Source: a virus | DNA length: 48,901 bases | Reading direction: 5' to 3' (one strand) | Virus record (IMG/VR): IMGVR_UViG_3300040801_000836 | Span: 1 to 48,901 of that record | Shown: positions 39,516-48,020 of the stretch, piece by piece | Position numbering within the stretch: position 1 is the stretch's first letter | Layout: each line of letters starts with the position of its first letter | Notes under the pieces: model-generated | Told to the model about the DNA's origin: nothing | The model's input: the letters and a program-made list of their open reading frames with translations, nothing else | Databases searched by the model: none | Translations under genes and position numbers: made by a program

Positions 39516-39736
39516 TATATCGCGTATTCCTCCAACTCTTCTTTGATAACGAACCAGCTTGCCACATCTACCTCGCCGGGGAGAGTGTCAGATGGTTCAC
39601 AGACTACCTCACAAACAGACTTAGGTATCCACGGTTCTCTTCTACCCATGCGGAAGCGGTATGCTTTCGCTCTGTCTGCAAGTATCTCGTCAAAAGCCAA
39701 CGTTACGTGGTCACCATTCTCGCTCATATCAACCAA
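39515..39736 (-). CDS. Hypothetical protein (73 aa)
   Basis: Track ORF, overlap-coupled on both sides. Confidence 0.6.
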   Translation of the reverse strand: MVDMSENGDHVTLAFDEILADRAKAYRFRMGRREPWIPKSVCEVVCEPSDTLPGEVDVASWFVIKEELEEYAI

Positions 39737-40173
39737 TCTCCTTCGTACTTACCATTAATCTTCCTCATTCTTTCTGCATCCATTTCCTTCATCTGCTTGC
39801 TGGTTGGGCCGGAAGCATGTCTCTGTAGCTGAGCTATTCTGTGGCTTACATCATTCACCGCTTGTTCATAGGTCATCTCTACCCACACATGATCAAAGAT
39901 AAGTCGCCCTTTGCTGCGGGGGTTGAAGTCTATGCTATAGAAATCTCCCGGCTCCACAGCCTTCCAGCTTATTCGCATACCACGCTTGCTCTCGTTCATC
40001 GTAAACAAACGTTCTATCTCTTTACCTTGTTGTGCGTTAACTACTATAACCATGTCACCATCTTGCAGTCCGTTAACCATAAAGGTTGTGCGGCCTGTTT
40101 GTCTGGCGTTATGTATAAAGATAGCAATCATTGATTTTATACCTGTTCCGATACCGAATATGTCACCCTTCAT
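39724..40173 (-). CDS. Hypothetical protein (149 aa)
   Basis: Track ORF with SD GGGAGG. Confidence 0.7.
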   Translation of the reverse strand: MKGDIFGIGTGIKSMIAIFIHNARQTGRTTFMVNGLQDGDMVIVVNAQQGKEIERLFTMNESKRGMRISWKAVEPGDFYSIDFNPRSKGRLIFDHVWVEMTYEQAVNDVSHRIAQLQRHASGPTSKQMKEMDAERMRKINGKYEGDWLI

Positions 40174-40184
40174 GTTACCTCCCT

Positions 40185-40199
40185 AACTAACAGTTAGTT
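40185..40199. repeat. Palindrome copy, 1-nt spacer, intergenic
   Basis: Overlaps the stop of 40198..40434. SD GGGAGG follows on the minus strand. Confidence 0.95.
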
Positions 40200-40434
40200 A
40201 CTTGTTTATCTTTGTTATCGTGTAACCCATCTGGTTCAGTTCATCAGGCACCTGCATCAGTGATCTTATCTGGTGCTTGTAGGACTCCCCTAATCCTAGC
40301 AGCCTGCACACTTCTTCAACAGGCTCTATCCGTAGCGTGTTGTAGTTCGTCAGGACCACAGCAGCAATGCCCGGTGACTTGCACTTACGCTCAGCCGCCA
40401 GCTCAATTGCTCTTTTCATTTCTTGTATCTTCAT
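40198..40434 (-). CDS. Small protein, possible HTH (78 aa)
   Basis: Track ORF with an ATGA-type overlap with the SNF2 gene. The stop overlaps palindrome 40185..40199. Confidence 0.6.
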   Translation of the reverse strand: MKIQEMKRAIELAAERKCKSPGIAAVVLTNYNTLRIEPVEEVCRLLGLGESYKHQIRSLMQVPDELNQMGYTITKINK

Positions 40435-41837
40435 TTCTTCCTCATTAGTTTCTTGCGGTACTCTCTCAAGTAGTCGAGTGCTTCCGCCTGCTCGATACCT
40501 TTTGTTGTAACTATCTTCAGCATGATGTCATCGATTGTATCTCTCATGCGTAGTACGTGATTGAACACTGTTTCGTACTGACTCCCCCTCCTTCTCAGTC
40601 TGGCTATTAACTGCTCCCACATTTCCAGATCCCACGTCAGAGAGAACCACACAATATCGCAGCCACCCCCTTGCATGTTCATACCGTGGGCTAGTGATGC
40701 AGGATTCGCCATCATCAACGGAACCTTACCCGCCATCCATTCCCTGATCCACTTTGTACCTTCCTTGTCATTGGTCTTGGAGTAGATAGCAGGCACCCTA
40801 TACCCGAAGTGCTTTCTGATAATGTCTACCTCGTACTTGAAGTTGATACCTACTAACAGGTTACCTTGCACCCCTTCCATCAGTTCTTCCAACGCTTTCA
40901 GCTTCACACTATGTATGTTCAGTATACCTTCATCGGTGTAGATAAACCCACCTGACAGTTGCCGTAGCTTCTGTGTTAGTGACTGCTTGTTGTCAAGCTT
41001 CAGGGTAATCTCGTCTAGTAGTTCACTGTCACTAACGTTAGTTACCCATTTAGTTTCAAGCTCATGGTAAGTTTTCCTTGCCTTCGGCGGCAGCTCAAGG
41101 TCAATGATATTGTCCTTCACCCTTGGCAGGCCCACGCCTGTCGTGTCTTCTACCACCAGCACTAGGTCTTTGATCTTATCCAGAACTTTCTTCTTTGCCC
41201 CATGCTTAGGAACCCACAGTCTTTGATCCTTCTGTAACATGTACTCATTTCGAAACGATGTGATACCTGTACCTAGCCTATGCCCACGGTCAAGCAGATA
41301 TATCTGACTCCACAGATTAGCTATCCCATTCGGCTTGGGTGTACCTGTCATAATAAAGATGTATCTAATGTCCCGGCCTATGGCATGAGCCAGCTTCGTC
41401 CTGTTCGAGCCTGCGTTCTTTAGATATGTGGACTCGTCGGAGATAAGCAGATCATACTTAGGTGCATACTCGTCGTAGTGTTGACTCAACCACTGCAATC
41501 CCTCATAGTTTATCAAGGTGATGTCTACTTCATGCGCTTCAGTCTTCAGCTTCTCCAGTTTGTCCGCACCATGCAGAACTGTGTAAGTCAGATCTCTTGT
41601 GTGATTCCACTTCTCTATTTCATCAGGCCATGTCATCGTGGCTACCCTCTTTGGTGCCAGTACCAATGCTCTCCTTACTCTCATGTAGTTGTACATTAAT
41701 TGTTCAGCAGCAGTCAAAGCAGTAACAGTCTTACCTATTCCCATCTTAAATAATATACCACTGCGCGGATTGTCTATCATAAACTTTGCCCCCTCTTCTT
41801 GGCAGGGCAGCGGGTAGTATATCATACTGTCAAACAC
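40431..41837 (-). CDS. SNF2/DEAD-like superfamily 2 helicase (468 aa)
   Basis: Motif I KMGIGKT, motif II LISDESTYLKN, and C-terminal helicase domain motifs. Contains a zero-spacer palindrome variant. Confidence 0.85.
   Translation of the reverse strand: MFDSMIYYPLPCQEEGAKFMIDNPRSGILFKMGIGKTVTALTAAEQLMYNYMRVRRALVLAPKRVATMTWPDEIEKWNHTRDLTYTVLHGADKLEKLKTEAHEVDITLINYEGLQWLSQHYDEYAPKYDLLISDESTYLKNAGSNRTKLAHAIGRDIRYIFIMTGTPKPNGIANLWSQIYLLDRGHRLGTGITSFRNEYMLQKDQRLWVPKHGAKKKVLDKIKDLVLVVEDTTGVGLPRVKDNIIDLELPPKARKTYHELETKWVTNVSDSELLDEITLKLDNKQSLTQKLRQLSGGFIYTDEGILNIHSVKLKALEELMEGVQGNLLVGINFKYEVDIIRKHFGYRVPAIYSKTNDKEGTKWIREWMAGKVPLMMANPASLAHGMNMQGGGCDIVWFSLTWDLEMWEQLIARLRRRGSQYETVFNHVLRMRDTIDDIMLKIVTTKGIEQAEALDYLREYRKKLMRKK
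41030..41043. repeat. Variant copy with zero spacer and one arm mismatch, intragenic
   Basis: CACTAACGTTAGTT, read as VTNVS in the SNF2 ORF. Confidence 0.6.
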
Positions 41838-42226
41838 GGTGGTAGTTCAGGCATGTGGCCTGTGCTGTATACGTATGCTGCAACCTCTAGTGCTAGTTCT
41901 GTTTCCTCGAAGCTGTCGCACACCATGACCAGACACCCTAACTCCCGCCGCATAGCGTGATCAATCATCTGTGAATCAGTAGCCTTCTTGCCGGGGCGCT
42001 TGAACTCTATGAAGAAGATGAAGCCTGTTGGAAATATGCTATTCTTTGGTAGTGTTATTATCCTGTCAGGTACAGAGCGCTTTTCAGGACTGCTGAACTT
42101 CTCAAATATCCAGCCGTTTTCCTCACACCATATCTTTCCTTTGGCTTCGATGTCCTTCTCAAGTAGCTTGCGCCCTACCCTATTCTCAGTAGTGCGATGG
42201 TATATAATCCTGTCTTTGAAATTCAT
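41822..42226 (-). CDS. VRR-NUC domain nuclease (134 aa)
   Basis: VPDRIITLP...FIEFKRPGKKATDSQ matches the PD-(D/E)xK pattern of VRR-NUC. Confidence 0.75.
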   Translation of the reverse strand: MNFKDRIIYHRTTENRVGRKLLEKDIEAKGKIWCEENGWIFEKFSSPEKRSVPDRIITLPKNSIFPTGFIFFIEFKRPGKKATDSQMIDHAMRRELGCLVMVCDSFEETELALEVAAYVYSTGHMPELPPCLTV

Positions 42227-42420
42227 TATTCCTTTCTCCCACGTTTAACTATTATGTGAATGACTGCTGTCATTCTACCATCTTCCCTACCCCACGCTAT
42301 AACAGAATCTTCAGGGAAACCACCACCACGCTTAACTGCACGTTCTAATTCATCGGCGGTAAGTGTGTACTCATGCTTGATTTCATCTGTCTTACTAAGT
42401 ATAGTTGTCGCACACTGCAT
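42226..42420 (-). CDS. Hypothetical protein (64 aa)
   Basis: Track ORF with SD AAGGAG after palindrome 42432..42446. Confidence 0.6.
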   Translation of the reverse strand: MQCATTILSKTDEIKHEYTLTADELERAVKRGGGFPEDSVIAWGREDGRMTAVIHIIVKRGRKE

Positions 42421-42431
42421 GTTATCTCCTT

Positions 42432-42446
42432 AACTAACTGTTAGTT
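42432..42446. repeat. Palindrome copy, 1-nt spacer, intergenic
   Basis: The upstream stop is the TAA inside the arm. SD AAGGAG abuts the other arm. Confidence 0.95.
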
Positions 42447-42815
42447 ACTATCTTCGTCATAATCATCTATGAATCTGGCTTCGTCCAAATCAATCAGCGG
42501 TACGAAAGTCCTAGTAGCTACACATTCATACAGTACAGCGGGGCTGTTGGTCCTTATCTCTGCGTTGTATACTGCCTCCGCCTGTTCTTTGTCATTGAAC
42601 TCAGCATTGAACCGTTCACCCCCGCGAGAGATAATAACTATCCACAGGTTAGGCTTGGCACCGGGGATCTTTTCACCTAGCATTTTATGCAGGTACTCGT
42701 TGCGTTGCTTGAGTCGGACTATAAGCTCAGCCGCTTCTATCCTTGTCTCGGTGTCAACAGGTGGTGTCAGTGCGTTCTTGTATTTCAGTCGTTGTAGTAT
42801 TTCTTCTATTGTCAT
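42441..42815 (-). CDS. Hypothetical protein (124 aa)
   Basis: Track ORF. The stop TAA is the TAA inside the palindrome arm. Confidence 0.7.
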   Translation of the reverse strand: MTIEEILQRLKYKNALTPPVDTETRIEAAELIVRLKQRNEYLHKMLGEKIPGAKPNLWIVIISRGGERFNAEFNDKEQAEAVYNAEIRTNSPAVLYECVATRTFVPLIDLDEARFIDDYDEDSN

Positions 42816-42827
42816 GTTGTCTCCTTT

Positions 42828-42842
42828 AACTAACTGTTAGTT
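42828..42842. repeat. Palindrome copy, 1-nt spacer, intergenic
   Basis: The DNA polymerase stop overlaps an arm. SD AAAGGAG abuts the other arm. Confidence 0.95.
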
Positions 42843-44829
42843 ACTTCCTATAACGAAAACCTTCCCAACAATCTGCTTCGAGCGGCAGTGTCTCATACCA
42901 CGTACCTTTGTTCTGAGTTATCAGTTCCCCATACTCTCTTGTGCTGAAGTCAGGAGTATCAGGCACCAAGCTCAGCCCTTCATCATGTACTGATAGTACC
43001 AGTGGGTAGCCTGCTTCCTCTACTGCAAGGTGACCGTCAAACATTATGTCTCGGCTCGATGCTTGTACCGCAGACTGAAACAAGTTAGCACCTGTCAGTA
43101 CCCTACGTTTCCATTTGTGATTACCACCGGGGCTACTGTCTACCCACATAGCAGTAACAGACTTCTTCATCTTGCCGAAGTAAGGCATCTCTCTTATCTC
43201 AGCGAATGGAAAGCTCAGCAGTCTATCACTAGGCAGCTTCATAAACAGGTAACGTCCTTCTCGATAGAAGCCTATCGTCTTACGTGTCCCATCTACCCAC
43301 ACCATTCCAGCCCCTTCGATAGCAGTCCACGCTGCTTCTTCGAAGTTATCCCACATCTCAACCAACAACTTGCGGCCCGCTCTGAAGTCCTTGACTATCT
43401 TCTTTGCTTCCTTTGGCGTGAGGTTCATCCCGAACTTAGCGGCCATTGCCATCAGTGCTTTGTACCCACCGCCGAACCCACCAGACAGAACCGCCACCTT
43501 GCCTGCTTGTCGTTGTGCTTTGGTAACTTCTGCCAGTGCTATGTGGTACATCTGAGAAGCACTTGAAACATACGCATCGATTCCTTTCCTGTAGTTGTCA
43601 AGTATATTAAACTCCCCCGCCACCCATGCAGTGTCACGAGCCTCGATACCCTGAAGGTCACCCGATACAAACTTCAGTCCCGGTGGTGCGTATATGGTAG
43701 GGCGTATCATTATCTTAGCGGCTTTCTGTACACCACAATACAATCTCAAGAAGTCGTAGTCTCTCTCAAAGAAAGCATCAATCAGAACTTGGAACCCTTT
43801 GTCAGATTCCGATGGTAGGTTCTGTGCCTGAAAGCCTGCGCCTGCTGCTCTCCCTGTACTCGCCTTGTTGAATATAAGGTTGTTCTTGACTGTCCCATCA
43901 GGGTTGATCATTGTCTTGATCTTCGCAAACTTCGCAGTGCTGGTGTTGTTCCCCTCATTGTAAACTGTTAGTGCTTCACGTACCACACTAGGGTATTTTC
44001 GAAAGTCAACTTTAGCTAGTGTCGCGGCCTGCATGTCTGGTAGCTCTAACCCTTTACCCATTAACCACTCTTGAAACTGTGCTCTCATAGTGGGTCGGTC
44101 TATCCCTGTTAGCTTAAAGAATCTTTCGCCCAACATAATAGACTCAAGCTCTAGCCCTTCTATAACTGCATCAACCAGACCTTCATCGATAGGCAGACCC
44201 CGCTCATTCATTCGCATGAACATCATAGCAAGCTTTCTTTCTTTACCAGTAAGGTGATACGGTAGCTCAATGTACACCCCACGTTCAGCTCTTACGTCTT
44301 GCTTGTTGTACACGTATAGTCTGGCGTAGTCATCTCTGAACTCTTCTCTCTCCCTGAACTGTCCTTTTTTCTTGCCTGCTGATATGGGTTTACATAATCG
44401 TTGTATCAGTTTCTTACCCTCTTCAAGCTTCTGATCTGGTAGCTTCAAGGCATTGATAGTATCTTCCAGTGCAGCAGGCAATCCCAAGGTAAGAGCGTCA
44501 AGCATGGTGTCATGGTACTGGTCAGGGTGTGGCTCTATCCAACCTAGCTTCGGTACGCATTGGTTGTGAAAGATTGCCCTTTCGAATGACATACTGTTCC
44601 AGCCATGTACCCTTGCCCCACCTTCGATTGCCGACATTAGATCATATGGTGGTTGCTGACCTTCTATCCATAGCTTCGGTTCTTTCATCCCGAAAGCATA
44701 GGCTAAGCTTAGCACCTTGGTAGTCGGGTCGATTGAGTAGCGCCATGATCCCACGCCATTCTTCCCGGTCAAAGGTGCCGCGCTCCTTGTCTCAAAATCT
44801 AAAAATATATCGCGTGTTGATAGCTTCAT
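42841..44829 (-). CDS. Family A DNA polymerase with 3'-5' exonuclease domain (662 aa)
   Basis: Exo I DFETRS, motif A-like SGDLQGIEAR, motif B-like RQAGKVAVLSGGFGGG, motif C VHDE. Confidence 0.9.
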   Translation of the reverse strand: MKLSTRDIFLDFETRSAAPLTGKNGVGSWRYSIDPTTKVLSLAYAFGMKEPKLWIEGQQPPYDLMSAIEGGARVHGWNSMSFERAIFHNQCVPKLGWIEPHPDQYHDTMLDALTLGLPAALEDTINALKLPDQKLEEGKKLIQRLCKPISAGKKKGQFREREEFRDDYARLYVYNKQDVRAERGVYIELPYHLTGKERKLAMMFMRMNERGLPIDEGLVDAVIEGLELESIMLGERFFKLTGIDRPTMRAQFQEWLMGKGLELPDMQAATLAKVDFRKYPSVVREALTVYNEGNNTSTAKFAKIKTMINPDGTVKNNLIFNKASTGRAAGAGFQAQNLPSESDKGFQVLIDAFFERDYDFLRLYCGVQKAAKIMIRPTIYAPPGLKFVSGDLQGIEARDTAWVAGEFNILDNYRKGIDAYVSSASQMYHIALAEVTKAQRQAGKVAVLSGGFGGGYKALMAMAAKFGMNLTPKEAKKIVKDFRAGRKLLVEMWDNFEEAAWTAIEGAGMVWVDGTRKTIGFYREGRYLFMKLPSDRLLSFPFAEIREMPYFGKMKKSVTAMWVDSSPGGNHKWKRRVLTGANLFQSAVQASSRDIMFDGHLAVEEAGYPLVLSVHDEGLSLVPDTPDFSTREYGELITQNKGTWYETLPLEADCWEGFRYRK

Positions 44830-44838
44830 AACGTCCTT

Positions 44839-44853
44839 AACTAACTGTTAGTT
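44839..44853. repeat. Palindrome copy, 1-nt spacer, intergenic
   Basis: Lies just upstream of the polymerase SD AAGGA. Confidence 0.95.
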
Positions 44854-45178
44854 AGCAGTTATCTGGTCCGAGGTTATCATGTATCAGCTTTTGCTGTCGT
44901 CTGCATGTTTCCTGAAGATCAAGTATCTCAGCTTTCTTCTTCTCTATAACAGCCAAGGCTTTCAGGTACAGATCTTTGTTAGCTATCTCTTCCATTGAAT
45001 CGATAAGATTGTTAGCTGTTACGAGTGAAGTCTCAAGTTCCTCTTTGTCCTTACGCAACTGGTGGTTAGCCTCTTCCAGCACCCTACATCTCTCAATCAG
45101 TATGTTGTTCATATCGTGCGCGTTGTGCATTAACAGTTGAACTTCGTCTAACAGTTCTCTATAACTTTTATCTACCAT
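44852..45178 (-). CDS. Coiled-coil protein (108 aa from the ATG at 45178)
   Basis: SD AGGAAAGGAAG lies directly upstream of the ATG at 45178. The longer track start has no SD. Confidence 0.65.
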   Translation of the reverse strand: MVDKSYRELLDEVQLLMHNAHDMNNILIERCRVLEEANHQLRKDKEELETSLVTANNLIDSMEEIANKDLYLKALAVIEKKKAEILDLQETCRRQQKLIHDNLGPDNC

Positions 45179-45350
45179 GCTTCCTTTCCTCCAACTCAAT
45201 TGGGTACAGTGTGTCTTCATACAGTTCATAAATGCAACGGTCTGTTGCTACATAGATCTTGTCTCTGTAGTATATCATCGATACGATCTGTTCACCGAAA
45301 GGTGCGCTGGCTATACACTTCCATCCGTGTCTTACTTCGTTCTCTGCCAT
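45168..45350 (-). CDS. Hypothetical protein (60 aa from the ATG at 45350)
   Basis: SD GGGGGAAG precedes the ATG. The track start at 45362 is a GTG. Confidence 0.55.
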   Translation of the reverse strand: MAENEVRHGWKCIASAPFGEQIVSMIYYRDKIYVATDRCIYELYEDTLYPIELEERKHGR

Positions 45351-45372
45351 GTCTTCCCCCACAAAATAATAT

Positions 45373-45381
45373 ATTCTACCA
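45373..45381 (-). promoter_or_regulatory. Extended -10 promoter candidate TGgTAGAAT (leftward)
   Basis: Minus-strand reading of 45381..45373, located just after the terminator hairpin. Confidence 0.3.
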
Positions 45382-45393
45382 AGTATTAAAAAT

Positions 45394-45418
45394 CCCCCCG
45401 CCCACTATGGACGAGGGG
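45394..45418 (-). terminator. Strand-specific rho-independent terminator candidate after the SSB gene
   Basis: The minus-strand RNA reads CCCCUCG-loop-CGGGGGG (with a U.G wobble) followed by AUUUUUAAU. On the plus strand the same position is a C-A mismatch. Confidence 0.5.
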
Positions 45419-45450
45419 AGAACCTACCATGCGGCCTATATCACAGCAGG

Positions 45451-46149
45451 TTACAGTCCTTCTAACAGCGCCTCAACATCATCACCACCACCAAGACCAG
45501 CAAGAAGATCATCGTCTTCATCTTTGAATGGGTCATCACCATTGGTTACCTCTGCGTACAGTCCTGCGGCTTCGTCTTCGATAGACTGTTCAGAAGGACC
45601 ACCACCAAAGCGCTCACCCTCTTTGATCAAGGTGACTCCGTTAAGTGCTACTGCTATACCCTTCGCACGATTGGCAAAGGGATAAAAGTTTATGTCAAAG
45701 GCACACCAGTCACCTGATTCAATCATGCCTGCTTCAGTAACAGTCTGACCATGTGCTTTCAGGATTGGCCTGCCTAATTTCTCCAATTTCTTAGCGTTCA
45801 GATTGTACATTCCCTTGTACGCTTCGTACTTATCCTTGTCCTCTTCGTACTTTACATCACCGTCATTGAGTGGAAGTTGAAGGATGGCAGGTTTCTTCCC
45901 ACCCCACTTCTTCTCGACTCCAATCTTGATAGCGTCAGTGATAGCCTGTCTAATGACTTTGATTACCGAAGCTGGACAGTTCTTGTGAAAGAGTATTCCA
46001 GACTTGTAGGACTTGTTGCTGTCTGGATTGTCAGGGTCGTCTTGCTGTGCTTCCATGAGGAAAGCATAGGTTGCCCTACCCCCGAGGATTACACGGACTT
46101 GGTTCTTGTCTGTCTGTATACGTTTCGCTTTGATTTCGGATGCTTGCAT
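45451..46149 (-). CDS. Single-stranded DNA-binding protein, T7 gp2.5-like (DUF2815-type, 232 aa)
   Basis: Position between the DUF2800-like nuclease and the polymerase, an acidic C-terminal tail, and the N-terminal pattern RVILGGRATYAFLMEAQ. Assigned from memory of the family. Confidence 0.65.
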   Translation of the reverse strand: MQASEIKAKRIQTDKNQVRVILGGRATYAFLMEAQQDDPDNPDSNKSYKSGILFHKNCPASVIKVIRQAITDAIKIGVEKKWGGKKPAILQLPLNDGDVKYEEDKDKYEAYKGMYNLNAKKLEKLGRPILKAHGQTVTEAGMIESGDWCAFDINFYPFANRAKGIAVALNGVTLIKEGERFGGGPSEQSIEDEAAGLYAEVTNGDDPFKDEDDDLLAGLGGGDDVEALLEGL

Positions 46150-46177
46150 TTTCGGATTCTCCTAAGTTTTCGTTAGT

Positions 46178-46192
46178 AACTAACAGTTAGTT
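46178..46192. repeat. Palindrome copy, 1-nt spacer, intergenic, with an extra half-site
   Basis: GTTAGT-AACTAACAGTTAGTTA. Overlaps the nuclease stop. Confidence 0.95.
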
Positions 46193-47534
46193 AGAGGTCT
46201 GCGAGTAGGGCATCTAACTCGTCATCCTCTGTTGGTTCATCGAGGCTAGTCAATAAGCTATCGATGTCTTCGAACTCTCCATCAAGGAACAGTTCATCCA
46301 CTTCTTTGTCTACATTCTCCTGCTTGACAATGGCAGGACGAGGATCAGACTCAGGTACTAGAGTGTCTTTGCCCGGTTTCCATTCGGTCAACTCTTTGAA
46401 CCGTGAAAGTGTCCTCGGATTGTCTAACTTCTCTTGCTCCTTCAGCAGTTTCTCTGCTTGTGGTAAGGTGATAAGCTTCTTTGTATAGCGCTCGTCAACC
46501 TTTATTTTCTGGTTAGTAAGGAAAGTGTCGGCTGCTTCTTCATCAGTCCATGCTCTCTTTCCTTGCCCCTCTACAATCTTATAACCGGGAACAGGTGTGC
46601 CTGAATCAATAAGTGCGTGTGCTCTATCCTTGATATCGGATATAAAACCTTCCACCAACGGCACACGTTTCAACAGTCCACTCAGTTCAAGAGCCATTAC
46701 CTCTGGAGCCATCTGCGCCATAGCAGGTTTGTAACCGTCAGGTAAGTGTGTGTCGTTACTGTACAGGGCAACAAAGTTCTCCATGTCTGATACACCTTGT
46801 GCGTTGTACGCTTCGCAGTTTCTCCGGTGCTTACAATACTTCTCTACGCAATGCGAACCGGGAACAAACTCAACCTCATTCTTCAGTATCTTTAACTGAG
46901 CAGGCTGTAGTATTTCTTTGTCCCACTCAATAAGACTATCTAATGTGATAGTGGCAGTCTGTAACTGGCTGGATACTTTCGGTTGTGCTATCCCTATAAC
47001 TACATCGTCAACCATCTTCCGCAGATCAACACTCAGCTCATTCAACATGTGGTCAATGACCGCCATCGAATAAATCATAAGCTGACTGTTGTTCTCTACT
47101 GGTACGTTCACTCTGCCGAACTTGTAGTCAAATACATACAGCTTTCGCAGTCGTATATCCAACCGGACAAAGTCAACAGTACCGAAGCACTCCTTACGCC
47201 AACCATTAAACCCAACCTCAAGCTCAAGGTACTCTCTGAACTGTCTCTTATCTGATTCGTATGTGCCTTCAGTCTTCAAGAAGTTATCAATGGAGTCTGT
47301 TGCTGTGACTACTGAATCCCATTCATCAGGGTCCAGATCATCGGGGCAGACCATCTCCACTTCATCTTTCCTCACCAACTCTGCGTAAGTATGTTGCAGT
47401 GTACCTCTGGCAGCAGCAGGACCACCTTCATCGATTACACCCGAGTCAACAAATGCCTGTGGCATAGCCGAACATACCATCCACAACCCACTACCAGAAG
47501 GTGAGAGTAACTTACTATGTTTACCTTCACTCAT
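46191..47534 (-). CDS. PD-(D/E)XK nuclease, DUF2800/Cas4-RecB-like (447 aa from the ATG at 47534)
   Basis: N-terminus HSKLLSPSGSGLWMVCSAMP, central FDYKFG, and a C-terminal Cys cluster CVEKYCKHRRNC. The ATG directly follows AG-spacer palindrome 47535..47550 (minus-strand reading). Confidence 0.7.
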   Translation of the reverse strand: MSEGKHSKLLSPSGSGLWMVCSAMPQAFVDSGVIDEGGPAAARGTLQHTYAELVRKDEVEMVCPDDLDPDEWDSVVTATDSIDNFLKTEGTYESDKRQFREYLELEVGFNGWRKECFGTVDFVRLDIRLRKLYVFDYKFGRVNVPVENNSQLMIYSMAVIDHMLNELSVDLRKMVDDVVIGIAQPKVSSQLQTATITLDSLIEWDKEILQPAQLKILKNEVEFVPGSHCVEKYCKHRRNCEAYNAQGVSDMENFVALYSNDTHLPDGYKPAMAQMAPEVMALELSGLLKRVPLVEGFISDIKDRAHALIDSGTPVPGYKIVEGQGKRAWTDEEAADTFLTNQKIKVDERYTKKLITLPQAEKLLKEQEKLDNPRTLSRFKELTEWKPGKDTLVPESDPRPAIVKQENVDKEVDELFLDGEFEDIDSLLTSLDEPTEDDELDALLADL

Positions 47535-47550
47535 AACTAACCTGTTAGTT
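47535..47550. repeat. Palindrome copy, 2-nt spacer (AG on the minus strand), immediately before an ATG
   Basis: The minus strand reads AACTAACAGGTTAGTT-ATG (nuclease start at 47534). Confidence 0.95.
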
Positions 47551-47552
47551 GT

Positions 47553-47579
47553 GGCCCCCTCTAACATGCAAAGGGAGCC
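47553..47579 (-). other. Strand-specific hairpin between genes
   Basis: The minus-strand RNA reads GGCUCCCU-11 nt-AGGGGGCC (one U.G pair). It is mismatched on the plus strand. Confidence 0.4.
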
Positions 47580-47588
47580 GTTGATTAA

Positions 47589-47969
47589 TTACTTCTTGCT
47601 GGCAGCAGTTAATACTTTGATGAAGGCTTCGCGCTTTTCATCTGGAATCTCTTCCATCTTCTCAATGCCCATCTTAGCCAATGCTTTCTTGACCAGACCA
47701 ACAGCAGCGTCTTTACCTTTAGCCTTAGCCATAGCACGGAAAGCGTTCTGAACATCTTTCAGTGTGAGTTCTGGTTCTGGTTCAGGCTCGTCAAGCAGGC
47801 TGTCCATATCAGTACCGTCACCACCCATGAGAAGATCATCAACATCTTCAATCTGACCAGCGTCGATGTTGTTAACGTCAACAACTACCTCGTTACCAAG
47901 GCTGGCGAGGATGGTGAGTGCCATTGCTACGGATGCTGCATCATTTAAATCTACTGTCAATTGTGCCAT
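47589..47969 (-). CDS. Hypothetical acidic/basic bipartite protein (126 aa)
   Basis: Track ORF with SD AAGGGAG. Two internal D-x-D-x-LL motifs. Confidence 0.7.
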   Translation of the reverse strand: MAQLTVDLNDAASVAMALTILASLGNEVVVDVNNIDAGQIEDVDDLLMGGDGTDMDSLLDEPEPEPELTLKDVQNAFRAMAKAKGKDAAVGLVKKALAKMGIEKMEEIPDEKREAFIKVLTAASKK

Positions 47970-48000
47970 TGTGTTCTCCCTTGTGGGTTTTAGTTTGTGT

Positions 48001-48015
48001 AACTAACAGTTAGTT
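48001..48015. repeat. Palindrome copy, 1-nt spacer, intergenic
   Basis: GTAACTAACAGTTAGTTAC, between the HTH gene and the next gene. Confidence 0.95.
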
Positions 48016-48020
48016 ACGGT

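Noticed and set aside
46191-47567. Longer track starts that read through a palindrome (47567 for the nuclease, 15282 for the 255-aa protein, 5901 for the ATPase)
   Set aside because: The shorter starts coincide with SD signals or with the AG-spacer palindrome-ATG arrangement, and the extensions lack an SD. The longer forms cannot be formally excluded without experimental data.
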